A stretch of DNA of 64,000 bases from a virus: positions 7,606 through 71,605 of the IMG/VR virus record IMGVR_UViG_3300027667_000003. The stretch is one strand, 5' to 3'. Below are positions 62,391 through 64,000 of the stretch, piece by piece (positions within the stretch are counted from its first letter, which is position 1; every line of letters starts with the position of its first letter). A program made the position numbers and the translations under genes. Below the pieces are notes generated by a model. The model had not been told where the DNA came from, did no database searches, and was given only the letters and a program-made list of their open reading frames with translations.

Positions 62391-63998
62391 TTAAAGTTCA
62401 ATCATCAAACGGCCAAATATGGTTAAATCAAAAATCTCATCGCCCGTATCTGTTGTACCGTAATCCACTCGCAATTGCAGATGACGACACCGAGCCAACG
62501 ACCCTGTTTGTGCAAAATAATACCGCAGGGGCTGATAACTTGATGGAGTGATCGTTCGACCATAAAGAGATGGGGGATCAAAAACAGGGCTCGGTATATT
62601 TGTAAATGGGCCTGAAATCTCATTTAAGAGATAACTCACTGTGGGTGTGAATCCCGCAGAGAAATCCCCCTCCACAAACTTCAAAAGTGCCAAAGATCCC
62701 GGATGCGCAAGGACTATACTCCCCATGACAAAGAACGCGTCGTACGAAATTCCGTTATCCGTGAATACATTCAAATTCCTTTCCAGAATCTGAAAACACC
62801 CGTTTTGATTTGCAGTGTTGCCCCCACCTCCGCTAGAAGACGCAGGGGGCACTGTAATAGAATTACTGAGTAAAGTTACCGCACCGTTTTGAGCCAACAG
62901 TCGGCCGCTAGTGGAAGCATTTGTGCCTACACTGATCGATGTCAAAGCTAAAATTGTACCCCCAAAAATAGATGAGGTTCCTAATGTGGCAGAAGATCCG
63001 ACTTGCCAGAATACATTAAATGCCGTCGCTCCATTTGTTAAAAGTACACTGGAGCCTACACCCGTAATAAGAGTTGTAGCCATCTGGAACACATAATTTC
63101 CTGCTCCATTTAGAGTAACGGTTTGTCCCGCTCCCAACGAGAATGTTCCACTCAAACTTGAATAGATACCAGGAGAAAGTGTCTGACCGTCCAATGCCGT
63201 TGGAATAGTTACGGCTCCTAACAGACCCGCAGCTTGGTTATAAGCGGTAGTCAAATCTAATTTAGCCTGAACCGCCGCTGGATTGTCTATGTTCGTAGCA
63301 CCTGTTACTGTGGGTGATCCAGTTACCGCGCTGCCCGGACTAAGCCCTAAATCCCCAAAGATAAAAGTGGGTCCGGAATTCGTAATAGTTGATCCGGCTA
63401 AAACACCATAGGTGGAAGCCGACAAAAGATTTACAGAAGGAGGAACTCCAACAATCCCTCCACCTCCGCCTGCACCCAGTGTAGATTTTGTACCCACAAG
63501 TAATTTCTTGATTCCCGGTGCAACTTCAACCGATTGAACCATGCGAGCGCCATTTGTAATTGTAGCGAAGGGGCTCCAAATTGCCTCAGGCCCATTTGAA
63601 CCACCCGGTACTTGATGCGGATTACAGCGCCACCAACCGGTTGAACCGTCCGCAACATAAAAAGCGTTATCCACACCAGCTTGTTGAATAGCCAAATAAC
63701 CCGCGGAAGGATCCAAAAGAGTTAATTGATCCCCAATTGGGAAGCCCGCATTTGATAACTGCAAAGAAGGATTAATGATCTTAAGTTGAGAGTCCGAAGA
63801 AAAGAAATATATTTCTCCCGCATAGATATCCAAGAAATTGTAGCTCAGCATTCCAATACCAGGTGCTAATGTCACTTGATAGAATGAATTTGTCTGCGGA
63901 CCACCACCAATAAATTCAACGCTGTCCGTAAGAAATGTGACTAATCCCTGTGAGTTTTTAACCACTCGGGTTACAGGAGCCAAGAATGGAAAATTATC
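62391..63998 (-). CDS. virion structural protein (tail/DNA-stabilisation-like), 5' partial, containing a DUF3494 ice-binding-type domain
   Basis: Frame is open to the window edge (DNFPFLAPVTR...); aa 184-378 of the listed ORF match the DUF3494 pattern. Confidence 0.8.
   Translation of the reverse strand, partial: DNFPFLAPVTRVVKNSQGLVTFLTDSVEFIGGGPQTNSFYQVTLAPGIGMLSYNFLDIYAGEIYFFSSDSQLKIINPSLQLSNAGFPIGDQLTLLDPSAGYLAIQQAGVDNAFYVADGSTGWWRCNPHQVPGGSNGPEAIWSPFATITNGARMVQSVEVAPGIKKLLVGTKSTLGAGGGGGIVGVPPSVNLLSASTYGVLAGSTITNSGPTFIFGDLGLSPGSAVTGSPTVTGATNIDNPAAVQAKLDLTTAYNQAAGLLGAVTIPTALDGQTLSPGIYSSLSGTFSLGAGQTVTLNGAGNYVFQMATTLITGVGSSVLLTNGATAFNVFWQVGSSATLGTSSIFGGTILALTSISVGTNASTSGRLLAQNGAVTLLSNSITVPPASSSGGGGNTANQNGCFQILERNLNVFTDNGISYDAFFVMGSIVLAHPGSLALLKFVEGDFSAGFTPTVSYLLNEISGPFTNIPSPVFDPPSLYGRTITPSSYQPLRYYFAQTGSLARCRHLQLRVDYGTTDTGDEIFDLTIFGRLMIEL
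62850..63434 (-). other. DUF3494 / IBP-1 ice-binding-type beta-solenoid domain inserted between Gly-rich linkers
   Basis: YGVLAGSTITNSG, GDLGLSPG, QAKLDLTTAYNQAA, LDGQTLSPGIY, VFQMATTL, VLLTNGATAFNVFWQVGSSATLGT, GTILALTSI, GRLLAQNGAVTL. Confidence 0.9.
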
Positions 63999-64000
63999 TG

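Noticed and set aside
1-64000. Stop-codon reassignment, diversity-generating retroelement or retron
   Set aside because: Genes end normally at TAA, TAG and TGA with tight overlaps, and no reverse transcriptase motif was seen

Overview
64 kb segment of a large, probably temperate dsDNA bacteriophage or prophage in the standard genetic code. I found no rRNA and no CRISPR array. From 1 to 51.6 kb the genes are tightly packed on the + strand. They comprise nucleotide metabolism and replication (dNMP kinase, HD hydrolase, DnaQ exonuclease, SSB-like protein, primase-polymerase, family A DNA polymerase), an intact 3.3 kb IS1595-family cargo transposon with 22-bp terminal inverted repeats and an 8-bp target duplication, a recombination module, and tRNA-Asn. 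Next come a 13.6 kb glycosylation island (GT2, GT31-like, GT11, GT6, GT9-like, RmlB, Gmd, Fcl, a sugar C-methyltransferase, FkbM methyltransferases), a GH108 endolysin, a BCS1-like AAA ATPase and a SNF2 helicase. The arm ends with a PP2C/RlaP/Thg1/tRNA-His block, a frameshifted Toprim gene and a tyrosine integrase. From 51.6 to 64 kb the genes are on the - strand: two more glycosyltransferases and podovirus-like virion/ejection proteins. The main leads are (1) a tRNA-His gene lacking the encoded G-1, with a Thg1 gene 2 kb upstream and a promoter whose predicted start falls on tRNA G+1, (2) a DUF3494 ice-binding-type domain inserted in a virion protein, (3) a GT11 + GT6 + GDP-fucose set that could build an ABO-like glycan, (4) the cargo transposon, (5) a GNAT + M41-like peptidase + lytic transglycosylase ejection protein, and (6) Acb2/Tad1-like and NADAR anti-defence candidates. 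All family calls come from motif recognition by eye; no database search was run.
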